From contig CM060731.1 of the NCBI GenBank assembly GCA_030704615.1, positions 30,566,001 to 30,630,000 on the forward strand: DNA of 64,000 nucleotides, in the 5' to 3' direction. This DNA is from Takakia lepidozioides (lineage: Eukaryota; Plantae; Bryophyta). Shown here in pieces: positions 53,501 to 64,000 of this stretch (positions are counted from its first letter, which is position 1; every line of letters begins with the position of its first letter). The notes below the pieces were generated by a model, which saw nothing but the letters and a program-made list of their open reading frames with translations, did no database searches and was not told the DNA's origin. Position numbers and translations under genes: made by a program.

Positions 53501-56500
53501 CCCTCCCCGGTATAAACCCTACCTAAGATCTTCAGAGGACATTGACAGAAGTCCAGTTTAATTGCAGAGAAAGTTACACAGCCAGTGACTGCTCTTTGGC
53601 TTAGAAGATCTGCTACAAGGCATATTTTGACTCCAGGCTTGGACACCATATTAACATTCTGGACAACGTCTTAAACTCTTGCTTGATGGAGGTGCTCACA
53701 TGCCTGGGTGGGCCTTCTATTTCTTTTTAAATGATACAAAGACTGTTCCTCTAGACACGGTTTCAAATATGTGGTTACACAGGGCCATGCAACATTGAAA
53801 AAGACCAGCAACAAGTGCTGCACCTGAACCGTTTATTTCAGCTAGACTGCCCTTACTCACACAAAATACTGTGGGTTACAAAATACCAACCATATTCAGA
53901 AAGAAATTCTGTTCCTGTTCTCAACATTCTTGCTGCACCCCGTTACTATCAAGTCAGGCCAGACTGGGAGCTGCACCACTTGTTCATAAGATTGCAACAC
54001 CTGGTTACACCACCATTTGAGAGTGAAGATGCAAATGAATAGAATGAGAAAAAAAATTTACTTGTCCACATGCCTGCGATGCCGCGCTGCTAGGTTGCCG
54101 CAAATTTGCAATGCCCTTTTCCAGGTTTTAAGTCTAGGCTGCTGCTCTGGAGAGTCCATCCTCCTCTCAAGAACCACCATATCCAGCAACGCGATGATAT
54201 CTTGGAACCACTGCCCCAGGCACAACAGTAGTGATGCCGGCATGTGCGACTTCATCTGTCATCCCTCCCACATTCAGGAACTTCAATGTTTCATTGATGA
54301 ATGACAAAGATCTGTCAAAAACGGATAAGACTCTGGATCCCCAAGAGAAGGGTAAAGAACGCCCAATACAAAATCACGAAGCATTATAAGGCAGCAACAG
54401 TGGGCACCCAAACCAAGGCCAGGGAATCTTGGGCGAAGCAATATAAAATACCTCCCAAATGTCTTTCCAGAGTTTGATGAGAGAATATCAGTGGTAGGTC
54501 ATAATGAAATATTTATAAGACCTCAATGACATTTTTTAAAAAGCAAACATGCATGGGAAAGATACCATTCATAAAGACAACTCACAGCAAGGTGGAAGGA
54601 CTTGCAAAGAACAAGCAGGATGTTGTCATGTTGCGCACACCCCTCATCTTTCGATGCTGCCACCTGCACATAACTTTGGGCATTGAGTACATAGTAGTGA
54701 CATCCAAGCATCAACCAACATGAGACCAAATTTAAACAAGAGACCTTAGGTACTCACACAGGCGTATGTGCATCACTAGGCCTCGGCGGAAACCCGCGCC
54801 CTTCCCTTACTTCGGCCTCTATAATTACTTTTTTTCAGCTAATGCTGCTTTTGGAGATATTACAGGTGCCACCAGCCATCGTAGATTGTTTAGGTAACCC
54901 GGCCTGTTCAACTAATGGAAGTTGGGTCACTTCCTGACCACGGATCTACACAGTAGTTCCTTTTTTGTAAACGAAAGTAATTACATGCTTCGCTCAACCC
55001 AGTTACACTCATATAGCCTAGCAGGGATGGACAAAAAGCCGAAAAAAAATTAAATTTAAATTTAGGTTTAGTTCTTTCTACGGCTTTTTTACCAAATTTT
55101 ATTCAGGGACTAGTGAACCCCTGGGTCCTTACCAGGCTGCGTCCAGAAACAAAAAGAACCACACGATTCTCATGTGGGCGTACCCAGGAGTATGTGAGAG
55201 GACCAACCACTCACTGAATTGCTTCCAGATGTAGCTTGTGATTATGGATTTCAGATGGTGCTAGTCTAATAAACCTTATTTTTGGGACAGACATGTATTA
55301 ACTGCTCCCACTGGACATTGGCAAAGATTTTCCCTTGAGAGCTTACCTGTGGGATTCTAGCTTCCCCTAGATAGTCATGGGATTTTCACCCACCAGGGTA
55401 TGAAACTTCCTTTCTCAATGAGGGGATGCATAAATTTATGAATATAGCATTTGCTGGCCCTCAAGCCATCTGACCCAAGCATGTGCATGCTTGTCAAAAT
55501 GCCTCCAAATTTGACATGTGCCTGGTCAGCCCAAAGGTGTATGATGCTTTTAAAGGTGATGACAATCCAGTCACAGGGCTTCGAGCTTTGAATTAAGTGC
55601 TGAATTTGACATCAGAGAAACCTAGGGGTTATTCCCACATGGCAAGCACGTTGAGAGAAGAAGAGAGCTTATTACACACATTCAACAGTCCCTGCAAACT
55701 GTGGCTATACGGGCATACTTTTCGAGGAATGCTAACTCCAGAGCCAGTTGTGCGAGGAAAACAAGAAGAAGGTGGTACACTGAAGGCCCAAACAGAAAAA
55801 GAAAGAAGAAAGAAACTATAGGAAGCCCAAAGAACCTATGGTAAGAAGGTGGGGACCTTACAGTCAATGAGTGCAGATGGCATGGCTACTAGAGTACCTG
55901 CTGCACAAGATGATGGAAAATGCCATGCAGGGGTGCAAGAAGCTCCTTAGAAATAAGCTCCAGTTGATCAGGTACAGGCTCACGTGCCACTGTTGGGTCC
56001 ATGAAGTACTACAAACCAGCCATTCCAACATCTTCACTTTCTCTTCCTAACTTGAACAACTAGAAACACAATCGACCTTGTAGTGCTACTCAGTAAGCAA
56101 GCTTGAGGTGGTCAAACATTCTCTAATCAACTAGGTGGACGTTCCCATGCGTACATGGGTCGACATAGAACTAAGTGCCGGAATATTGCATGACAAACAA
56201 GTACGAGGATAGAAGGCTAGCAGATCAAGGTCAGACCGTCCCCAAGGGTAAAGTTTATGTGTGACCATTAATCAACCACCTCAAGAACAAGCAGCAAACT
56301 TAGGTCCACTGCTGCAAATTTCTACCAAATAAGAAAATGCCTTAACCTTCTTAACTCCAAAGAACCAGAAAATTGTAGGGGCTGATGTGAAGACTCAAAA
56401 ATTGAGAGCTAACAAACCTGAAAAGGTTTGATAATTGTTTGAAGGCCGATCAAGACATTCAGAGTCTTCAGCTCAGATGTCCCAGTTCCATTCACCAAAT

Positions 56501-58808
56501 CACTGTTTTGTATTGCAGTCTTCAGAGCTGGGACAAGCTCTGGCCACGTCGTTTTCTTTGCGAAGTCGTGGACTATTACTAACCGAAACTGCAGCCACAA
56601 GAACAAATAAGCACTGGTTGGCATTCAAGCTAGTTACTCATTAACTGCTATGATCTAGAGTATGCAAGAGTAAGTTGCTTACCCAAATCATACAAGTAGC
56701 TGGAAGACCAGCATCAAGAGAAACTATTGACCAAAAACTGTTTTACATCACTTATCCAATTATAGTATATCCATGGTGGATTAGCGAGTAAACACCTTCA
56801 AAGTGACTACAGGCTATGTGGTGTAAAAGGTATGAGTAGTAACAGTGAACTACATAGAAATTAGCAGTTTTCTACAGACTGCTGTGTGCTTCTATTGAAA
56901 AATCGATCAATCTGAGCAATTCATGGATAACCAAATCAGAACAAATGTTAGCAAGATGATAAGCCAAATAATTACATCCTATAGAACTCATTTCTTAGAC
57001 CCCTCACTGAACCCTTATAAAAACCTTCCATTCCTACCCCGATGCATCAGCTTCTAGTGTTGGCAACGAGAATGCCATGGCCTAGACAAATAGCAATCCA
57101 TTGTTCAAAACCCCATCATAATGCTTATGTTTGGCTGTCAATGTAGTCAAAAGATTGGCACAGCTGTTCTGGCCATACTCTTCCCTTCTAATTGCACCTC
57201 TGGGGTAAGACCTAAAACGTCTAGAAATTGAAGGGCACAACAGAGACATACAGCTTCTGCCAAGAGCTTAAGGACAAGACCATCAACCCGCAGAAGCACC
57301 TCCACCAGCTGGTTCCTGAAGTCGAGCCTCTCCTCAGGAGGAATTGCCTCGTCCTCATTCCAATGATTCCTTAGGAAGTTTTTCAAGTAAGTGGCAGCAG
57401 CCACTCTCTGCCCTTTCTCCTGGCCCCCTGCATTCAGGAGCTTTCAGAGACCACAAAGATCCCTTCCATAGAATGGGAGATTGCACAAGAGACTCAAATA
57501 CATACAACCAAGGATAAAAGGGAAACCATGCACTCATCACGCTTTTGCCAGCTGTGACCTTGTGAGGATAGAGCTCGTGTCCACTTTGGATGTAGTAAGA
57601 AGGGAAGAGGGAGTGGAGGGATTGGGATAAGAGCAGAATGGGGGCACTAGCATTGAGGAAAAGAGTTAAGTTTGAATTTCTGAATTTCGTCCAGAAGGTC
57701 TTCACCAGAGCATCAAGTTTAGACCAAATTCGCGCTACAAAATTTCAGTGAAGTCAAATCTTCTTATCTAGTCGCGGTTATTATGTAGCTTGCAGACACA
57801 TTCTTTAGCTTTTCAGAGGGGGAAATTTGACATAGAGACACACGGAGACAGAGACACATATGCAGGAACAGAAGGGTTCTCATAGGATACCTGTGCGAAC
57901 AGGTCTTAGGGACCAAGTGAGATAAGAGTAGCAGTACTGGAAAATATCAAGCAGGGAATCTAAAGTATGAACTAGGTTACAGACTGCAACAGTTATTTTA
58001 TATTCACCTTAAGACCTAGAGCTATGTCCAACTTATACATGCCACTTGAAGGAATCTATGATAGCCAAAGCCAATGTCAAGCTTCAAGGACCATTTGAGC
58101 AAATCTACCATCACTTTTCTCAGCTGTCTTTCTTGAGGATGAGGATCATAGAACGAGCAGATTGGATGGCATCGTTATACGGAGACTAACTTCCATTCTG
58201 TTATACAGCAATTGTCCGCTCTATCATAGAGTGTCCGAGTGTCATATTTACTCACTGATACAACGCGGGAGCACACTACCTTCCTCAAGCGATAATTTTT
58301 GCTATGAATTAAGGCTAGTACCATGTACTTTCATCAGGAAACGCATTGCATGTCCGTGGTTACAACCTTCTGCAATGTGCACAACCACATAACTTGGCCC
58401 CTTATTTTGCGATACTTTTTCTCAAATATCAAGTTGATGCACCACTTCAATAAGTGCCAAACCGTTTTAGTACATTTGGTTCTAGGATGAAATGCAAGTG
58501 GGCTCCGGAGATACGGTGATGCCACAAAATGCAACCAGAATTGAATATCTGCCTAACTTATTGACCAATTAAGAAATCTGCACACTCTGCACTTGGGAAG
58601 AATTAGGTTTAGGAAAGTAGTGGCACCCGAGAAAGGACTTACCGGCAGAAAGCATGAGGAGGCACAGAGCAAATTTTGGAACAGTCTGGGCAGCCTCCAA
58701 GTGTGCTGTGGCAGCACGGACAGCAGACTCTTGAGGCCCTGCTGTCTCGCTCAGCCAATGCGCTATCTGATCCTCCCCTACCGCTGCCATTTCCACCATT
58801 GCCTCCAT
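44549..58808 (-). CDS. Importin-beta family protein, PLANTKAP/At3g17340-like, many exons
   Basis: IBN_N-like start (RVAAATYLKNF), WPELVPALKTAI, EPVPDQLELI, EWEEDEDEYLRKNLPSDL, HEAT helices and acidic loops (EETEDEFLERYA). Stop at 44549-44551. Confidence 0.88.
48670..48712. repeat. 14-bp minisatellite (atccaatgaaaata) x3 in an intron
   Basis: Direct inspection of the sequence. Confidence 0.8.
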
Positions 58809-59611
58809 ATTGCCTTCCTTTATTTGTGCTACCAAGAACACAAACTGTCCCACTCCTTTCACCAAAGTGTGCTTCCCATGAGGACGCAAATCAAAACCTT
58901 CCTAGAAGTGCCCATCCTTCTGGCACGATACAAGGAAACCAAAGCATCGGGGATTCCCGCAGCTAGAAAGAACAAATCCGCCTAGGGGTTGAATACGAAG
59001 GAGATCCGACTGCTTGAGCAGCAGATCCGAAATTTTTTGTACCCCGAATCTCACAGCCACAAAGGAGGACAACCAGCCAGAGAAAATGGAAGAGAGACGA
59101 GGACGAGAAACAGATGTGAAGGGATATGCGGTTGGTTAAAGTAAAATGTACAGAACCAATCCCACACCAGAAACACACACACAAACACAGCACCAACACC
59201 TCAGGATCAGTGGGAATTCTGCACGCAATGCACAGAGGCGTTATAATTGATCCTCAGTCCCCCGCACACTCGTGCCTGGAGATTGCAAAGGAGGCATTTT
59301 GAGAGGGTGCGTGGAGAATGCACATGCTGGCACAATCAGGTGTCACACTCCCATCTTCGTCCTCACTCCTCACTGCACTCAAACGAAATGTTCGAATTCG
59401 TCCGTTTGACACCGTTTTGAAAAGGGTGCAGGGGCAGCGCGGGAACGTGTGATATGAAGGGGCCGTGTCGCTATCCAAGCGAGATTTTCAGGGTCGCCTG
59501 CCCGGCGACAGCCCATCGCCGGTCACCACACTGCTTTAGGTCGCGCTCACCACACATCGACTGGTCCTGGGTTCAAACCAGAACTTCCCCAACCAAGGTA
59601 TATGTAAAACA

Positions 59612-59783
59612 ACCAGCATGTAGCCCAGTGGTAATGGGCACATACCACGTTGGATGTGGTTGTGGGTTCAAACCACGGTCTGGTGTGTCATGAAGGTGTC
59701 CACTTTCAGCTGGAAGGCACTAGCCCTTGTGGTGAAGAGACACCATAATTTATGCTCCCTTCGGGAGGCGTCAATTTTTTTTT
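59612..59783 (+). mobile_element. tRNA-derived SINE-like element (copy A)
   Basis: A box TAGCCCAGTGG at 59621 and B box GGTTCAAACC at 59665. Stems gccc/gggc, gtgg/ccac and accag/ctggt; ends in a T9 run. Confidence 0.65.
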
Positions 59784-59883
59784 AATATATACATATATGT
59801 ACACGCTAGCTTCCAAAGGAAGCGCAAATTACGGTGTCACTTGACCCCGAAGGCCTACGGCCTTCGAGCAGGAAGGTGGACAC

Positions 59884-60955
59884 CACTGTTGGTCTGGTAT
59901 ATACAAAAACCCGGGTATCAACCAGGTTATGCACCCCAGGTATAGAAGCCCCTACCAGACGGTTCGAGATAGGAAATCCGTCTCGTAACCTACCTATAGG
60001 GTATGTTAGGGTTTTGGGGAGCGCGATATCCTAGCCGACTGGTCTCGGCTCACCAGTTGTTGATGTTGTTACTTGTTTCGTCGCTGGAACTCGGTTGTTG
60101 TATCGCCGTTCAGATTTCAATGCGTGTAGCCTAGAGATGGCTATATCCATATTGATCCTTGGATTGCAGCCCACGAGATCATGGTAGAGTGATCTTTTCT
60201 AAAGTAGAAAGCAGTGAGGTATTTGGTCCATAATGTTGTACCTCATTATATAGTAAGCATGTGAATTTGCATGCCCCAATCACTGTGTGCTTCTTTCTGA
60301 AATGTATTTTTTTTAATACTTTACCCGAAGTTGATATCAGGTATCAAGGTTTTCATACCATTGTTGATACTAGGTCTACAAATGTGAAATGTTGGCATTA
60401 TTGATACCCTACAAGTACCAAAATTTGGGTTTTTTTTAATATTGCATACCTTTGTTTGGGACATTTCTAAACTTTTATACTACCGGGATGTCAAGGTTTT
60501 GTTTGTGATTAGTTAGAAATAGTTATTTTTAGCTAATTAGGACTTTATACATTTATATTTTATTTTGTGGGCATTGGGACTTCATTTGGTTCCATGTGCC
60601 AAGTGAGGTGGTGAACCTCACTTGGGACGTGGAGAGATTATCTCCACGTGAGACATAGGCATGCTCGTCTTCTTCTAGTGATACGGAAATGGTGAAAAGA
60701 TGTGAACTCACTCTATCACGTTATATAAGTCAAGCCAATGGCACCTTTGCTAAATGACTCCACCATACAGACCTCACTCGCACTCCATCTCAAGTACTAG
60801 AGCTATGGCGGCGAGAGAGGCCTTGGGATTGTGGCGTGGCTTTCTAGGACTATATGCTAGGAAGTGTGGTTGGACAGCGATGTATGTTGTGGCCGCTTAG
60901 GTGCACGACAAGGACCCTCCTGGTATCTCCAAAACACGATACCAAACCAACACTG
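59884..60955. mobile_element. Non-autonomous hAT-type transposon, ~1.07 kb
   Basis: TIRs CACTGTTGGTCTGGTAT and CAGTGTTGGTTTGGTAT match at 15/17. A perfect 8-bp TSD GTGGACAC lies at 59876-59883 and 60956-60963. No transposase ORF. Confidence 0.85.
60830..60910 (+). mobile_element. Diverged 81-bp solo-LTR-like copy related to the PHD-gypsy LTR
   Basis: TGTGGC...gtgtggttggacagcgatgta...CGACA; flanks GGGAT/AGGAC match at only 3/5. Confidence 0.5.
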
Positions 60956-61751
60956 GTGGACACCTTTCTAACACCAGTCGCTGGATATATTGAACGCAAG
61001 TGCCCATTACCATTGGGCTACAACTTGGTAGCGTAAATAAGAGCCTCATCCCTATGCGCGTACTGCCCCTTTTCAGGGGTGTGTTTTATCAAAACCGGGA
61101 AGTCAGACCATGGCTAGCTAGCCACTTTTAATCTTGCGTTTGTTGTTGTTGAGAATAAGGGATGTGAACCAAGTGATAGATGTAAAATGCATGGTGCGTA
61201 TGAAAGGGGTGGTATGCTTAGGGGGTAGTTTGAGGTCTTTTTTTAAGGATGTGGACGTTGGACGTTGTGGCTATGTGCGGCACCTTTGACACGTGCAGTA
61301 ATGATAGCCAGGGAACCTCTATCAGGGTTCGTATTTGTCTCGTCTATATTGAATGGATTGATGTGGGTATCTATCATGGTAGAATGCAAACTCTATAATA
61401 TGAATAGTAAGGGATGGTAATGGTCGCGTCACGACAGTCGATGAAATATGGAGTCCACGGCTGAGCAGGATATCAAGGCAGAGTCTTGTCAAGCAGCAGC
61501 AACAAGGATGCGGCCGACATGTGCACGGTAGGAGCCATGATGGGACCGTGTGGTCCGGCGGTCGGCCTTGGAACATTCGTGCATTGATGAGGTTGAACCA
61601 TCTAGATTTGGAATGTGAGAGCAAAAGTTTGTGGAGATGTCTGGTTCCTTGATTATGACGAGTAAAGCGAAGTCCGTGGAGAAGAAGGTGGGGCCAGGTG
61701 TCTATTTGGGGACTGGACGCGGCATAACGTACAATGTTGTTATGATATAAT

Positions 61752-61836
61752 TGTCGTGCGCATACGTATCGCTACACAACCACATCGTTGTCCAAACCAC
61801 ACCACACATATATGCACAATACAGTAGTCTGCCACA
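61752..61836 (-). mobile_element. 85-bp solo LTR
   Basis: 82/85 identical to 62201-62285, with TGT...ACA ends and flanks ATAAT/ATGAT (4/5 TSD). Confidence 0.75.
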
Positions 61837-62200
61837 ATGATATGAAAACTAAACTCACACTGTCTGATGACACAAAAACGCGAAATACAACACAATTACT
61901 TGTTAAAATAAGAGTCGAGCCATGGGCACCCCAAGCTATGGGGACTCCACCCCACAACATCTTACTCTCCCTCCATAAGTACACTCAAATGCTAAGCAAC
62001 GAGGGAGCTCGGTCGTGCTCATGCACGCTCAACTTGAGAGAGATGAGCCGCACAACTGACGAGCTCATGAAAATAAGATGGTTCAGGTGTCAAGCTAAAC
62101 TTGACACCTGACTTAACACTTGAACTAATTCTAAGTATTAAATATAAATAACTAGATTTATTCTAGTTAGTTTCACACTGTGTTCATTTAACTTGACAGT

Positions 62201-64000
62201 TGTCGTACGCATACGTATCGCTACACAACTACATCGTTGTCCAAACCACACCACATATATATGCACAATACAGTAGTCTGCCACAATCGCCCCCTTAGCT
62301 GGTGGTTAGGTCCCTCTAACTCCAGATATCTATAAGATGTAATAGCCACAGCCGTACTAAGTCATTTATCACTGTCCCTATTGTACTCAAACTCTATAGA
62401 CCAAGAGGCCGGGTACAAGAGTAGCCCCATCGTTAGTCGTCGTCTTGCAATCTGTGAACTTGAGCCAGGATCTCGTGTGTTGGTCTCCTAGTAGCTTGGC
62501 CTTGCATTTTTTGTTAGTCTTCCATGGTTGTATCCACTCCCACTATCCAATGCAATGCGGACATAACCAATCCCCATCAGGAACCATCTGAAGAGGTGGA
62601 GTCAAGCATCCCATATGCCAACCTCTAGAGCATCGATCACACACCACCATGGTGGCTGCCCCTCTAGCAGACCCACACAACATGCACCTCAAACTTGCAG
62701 GTACCATTGCCAGGTTTGGGTCAATCCTGCCATTGACATTCGGAAGGTGACATGGCGCGCAATTACGCACATGGTCCTTCTAATTCATGTCATCCCGACC
62801 CTCCAAGATCAGGACGCTTGAGGGCAATACCTCTCGAACCCTCAAAATAACACGTCCTGCAGTCACATCCAGGGTCGTTGGAGCAGTCTGCTGCAGATAA
62901 ACATAGTCACCAAGGTGAAATAATGGCAAAGTTCTCGAAAGCCATGGGCATGACTTTCTTGAACAAACTCCGCGCGCTGACCGCATGCACGTGCCCACAC
63001 GTCCGGATCGTCAAGATTGAGGACTACTACAGCCTCCCTGCGAATAGATGCAGACAAATCTGGCTCTCAGCCAAAGAGAAGGAAATAAGGCGAGAATGAG
63101 GCAAGTGATGTTTGCTTGCTGAACCTGTAGCCCATGGCTAACCAGGGTAGCTGAAGGTCCCAATCTCCAAGGTGTCCCTTCTGCAAACCATACTTGCGCA
63201 AACCCCTCTTAACCGTTTGCACAACCCTCTCTGCCAAGCCATCGGCCTCAGGATGATCCCGAGAAGTGGTGCGGTGGTCTATCAAGGCATTGTCACACAA
63301 CGCCTGAAACTCCCCCCAAGAACTCTCTCCCTTGATCCGTGAGTACCTCAGCTGGAGCACCGAATCGGCTAAGTACACGATCCAAGAATGCATACGCAGC
63401 TCCCTCACTAGTCTTATCAGGCAATGGAACCAAATCGATCCACTTGGAGAAGTGTTCCACCATCACCAACACGTACTTGTTGTGGCGCATGGTCAGTGGC
63501 AACGGCCTTGCGATGGTGTAGGAGCGTTGAATGAAGCACGCACCTTGTCACACACCATGCACCTAGCCACAAATTGTTGCATCTATGTGTGCATACCACG
63601 CCACGAATACTGCCTCTGCAGTAGACTATGAGTGCGTCGCACCCCAAAATGCCCCATCTCCTCATGAGCATGCTGCACTAACAGTGTCCGTTGTGTTGGG
63701 TGAGGCACAATCCTCACTCGACCATCCTCCCACATTCGGAGCAGGTGTGTCCCCTCCCACTTGAACCTCTTGGCTCGTTGTAGGATCCGATCCCTCTCCT
63801 TGGCAGTCATAGTGGCTGCCGTGTCTTCAGTGCGGAGATAGTCCAACACAGCTGAATCCTCATGTATATCTCTGGCGCCACCTTGCTCATTGTTGGCCTC
63901 AGGGTCCTCACACACTCGGTCTATAGTCATCCATGTTGTAGGTCCAACCTGGCCTTCCGCTGCCAAGATACACAAAAATGCAGATGCATGCCATCCGAGC
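62201..64000 (-). mobile_element. 3' part of a decayed Ty3/gypsy LTR retrotransposon: integrase plus PHD finger, PPT and 85-bp 3' LTR
   Basis: H2C2 (HEEMGHFG...CMVC) and rve core (VEHFSKW...VLTDQGREF...DGLAER), broken by frameshifts and stops. PHD at ~62546-62690, PPT AAGGGGGCGA at 62287-62296, LTR at 62201-62285. Confidence 0.9.

Larger units (their letters stand above)
59790..61029 (-). mobile_element. Inverted SINE-like copy B, interrupted by the hAT element (tail ~59790-59883, head 60956-61029)
   Basis: The reverse-complemented head accaagttgTAGCCCAATGGtaatgggcac matches copy A. The tail matches copy A 59696-59770 in inverted orientation. Confidence 0.65.

Noticed and set aside
54745-55205. 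Intronic MITE; similar suspicion for 18020-18335 and 345-640
   Set aside because: Composition looks TE-like, but there are only weak inverted ends and no TSD.
59612-59684. Functional tRNA gene
   Set aside because: The anticodon arm is irregular, the acceptor stem is short, and a second degenerate copy shares a non-tRNA body.
59887-60245. TG...CA solo LTR
   Set aside because: No 5-bp TSD. The TIR plus 8-bp TSD explanation fits exactly.
61752-62285. TRIM formed by the two 85-bp repeats
   Set aside because: No PBS or PPT between them, and the left copy has its own near-TSD. Not fully excluded.

Overview
Eukaryotic, intron-rich nuclear DNA, most likely from a non-seed land plant (bryophyte or lycophyte grade). 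This is inferred from a COMMD4 gene, a PLS-E-DYW editing factor and compact head-to-head gene pairs. Positions ~1.7-58.8 kb hold 12 protein genes: alpha-amylase with a transit-peptide-like leader, clathrin light chain, LRRC40-like LRR protein, a bacterial-type beta-helix (pectin-lyase-like) gene, LEA_2/NHL protein, PPR-DYW, At4g08330-like Zn protein, COMMD4, RPL37, a TM plus DnaJ-type Zn-finger protein, LIL3 and a PLANTKAP-like importin-beta. The last 4.5 kb is a nested transposon cluster. It contains two tail-to-tail tRNA-headed elements, one split by a hAT-type element with a perfect 8-bp TSD. It also contains a decayed Ty3/gypsy element whose integrase ends in a PHD finger and whose LTR appears to be only 85 bp, with solo copies nearby. 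Other highlights are an 80-bp x ~4 ACGT-rich array in the LIL3/DnaJ-Zn bidirectional promoter and the intronless HGT-candidate gene. Family names come from motif recognition only; no database search was run.
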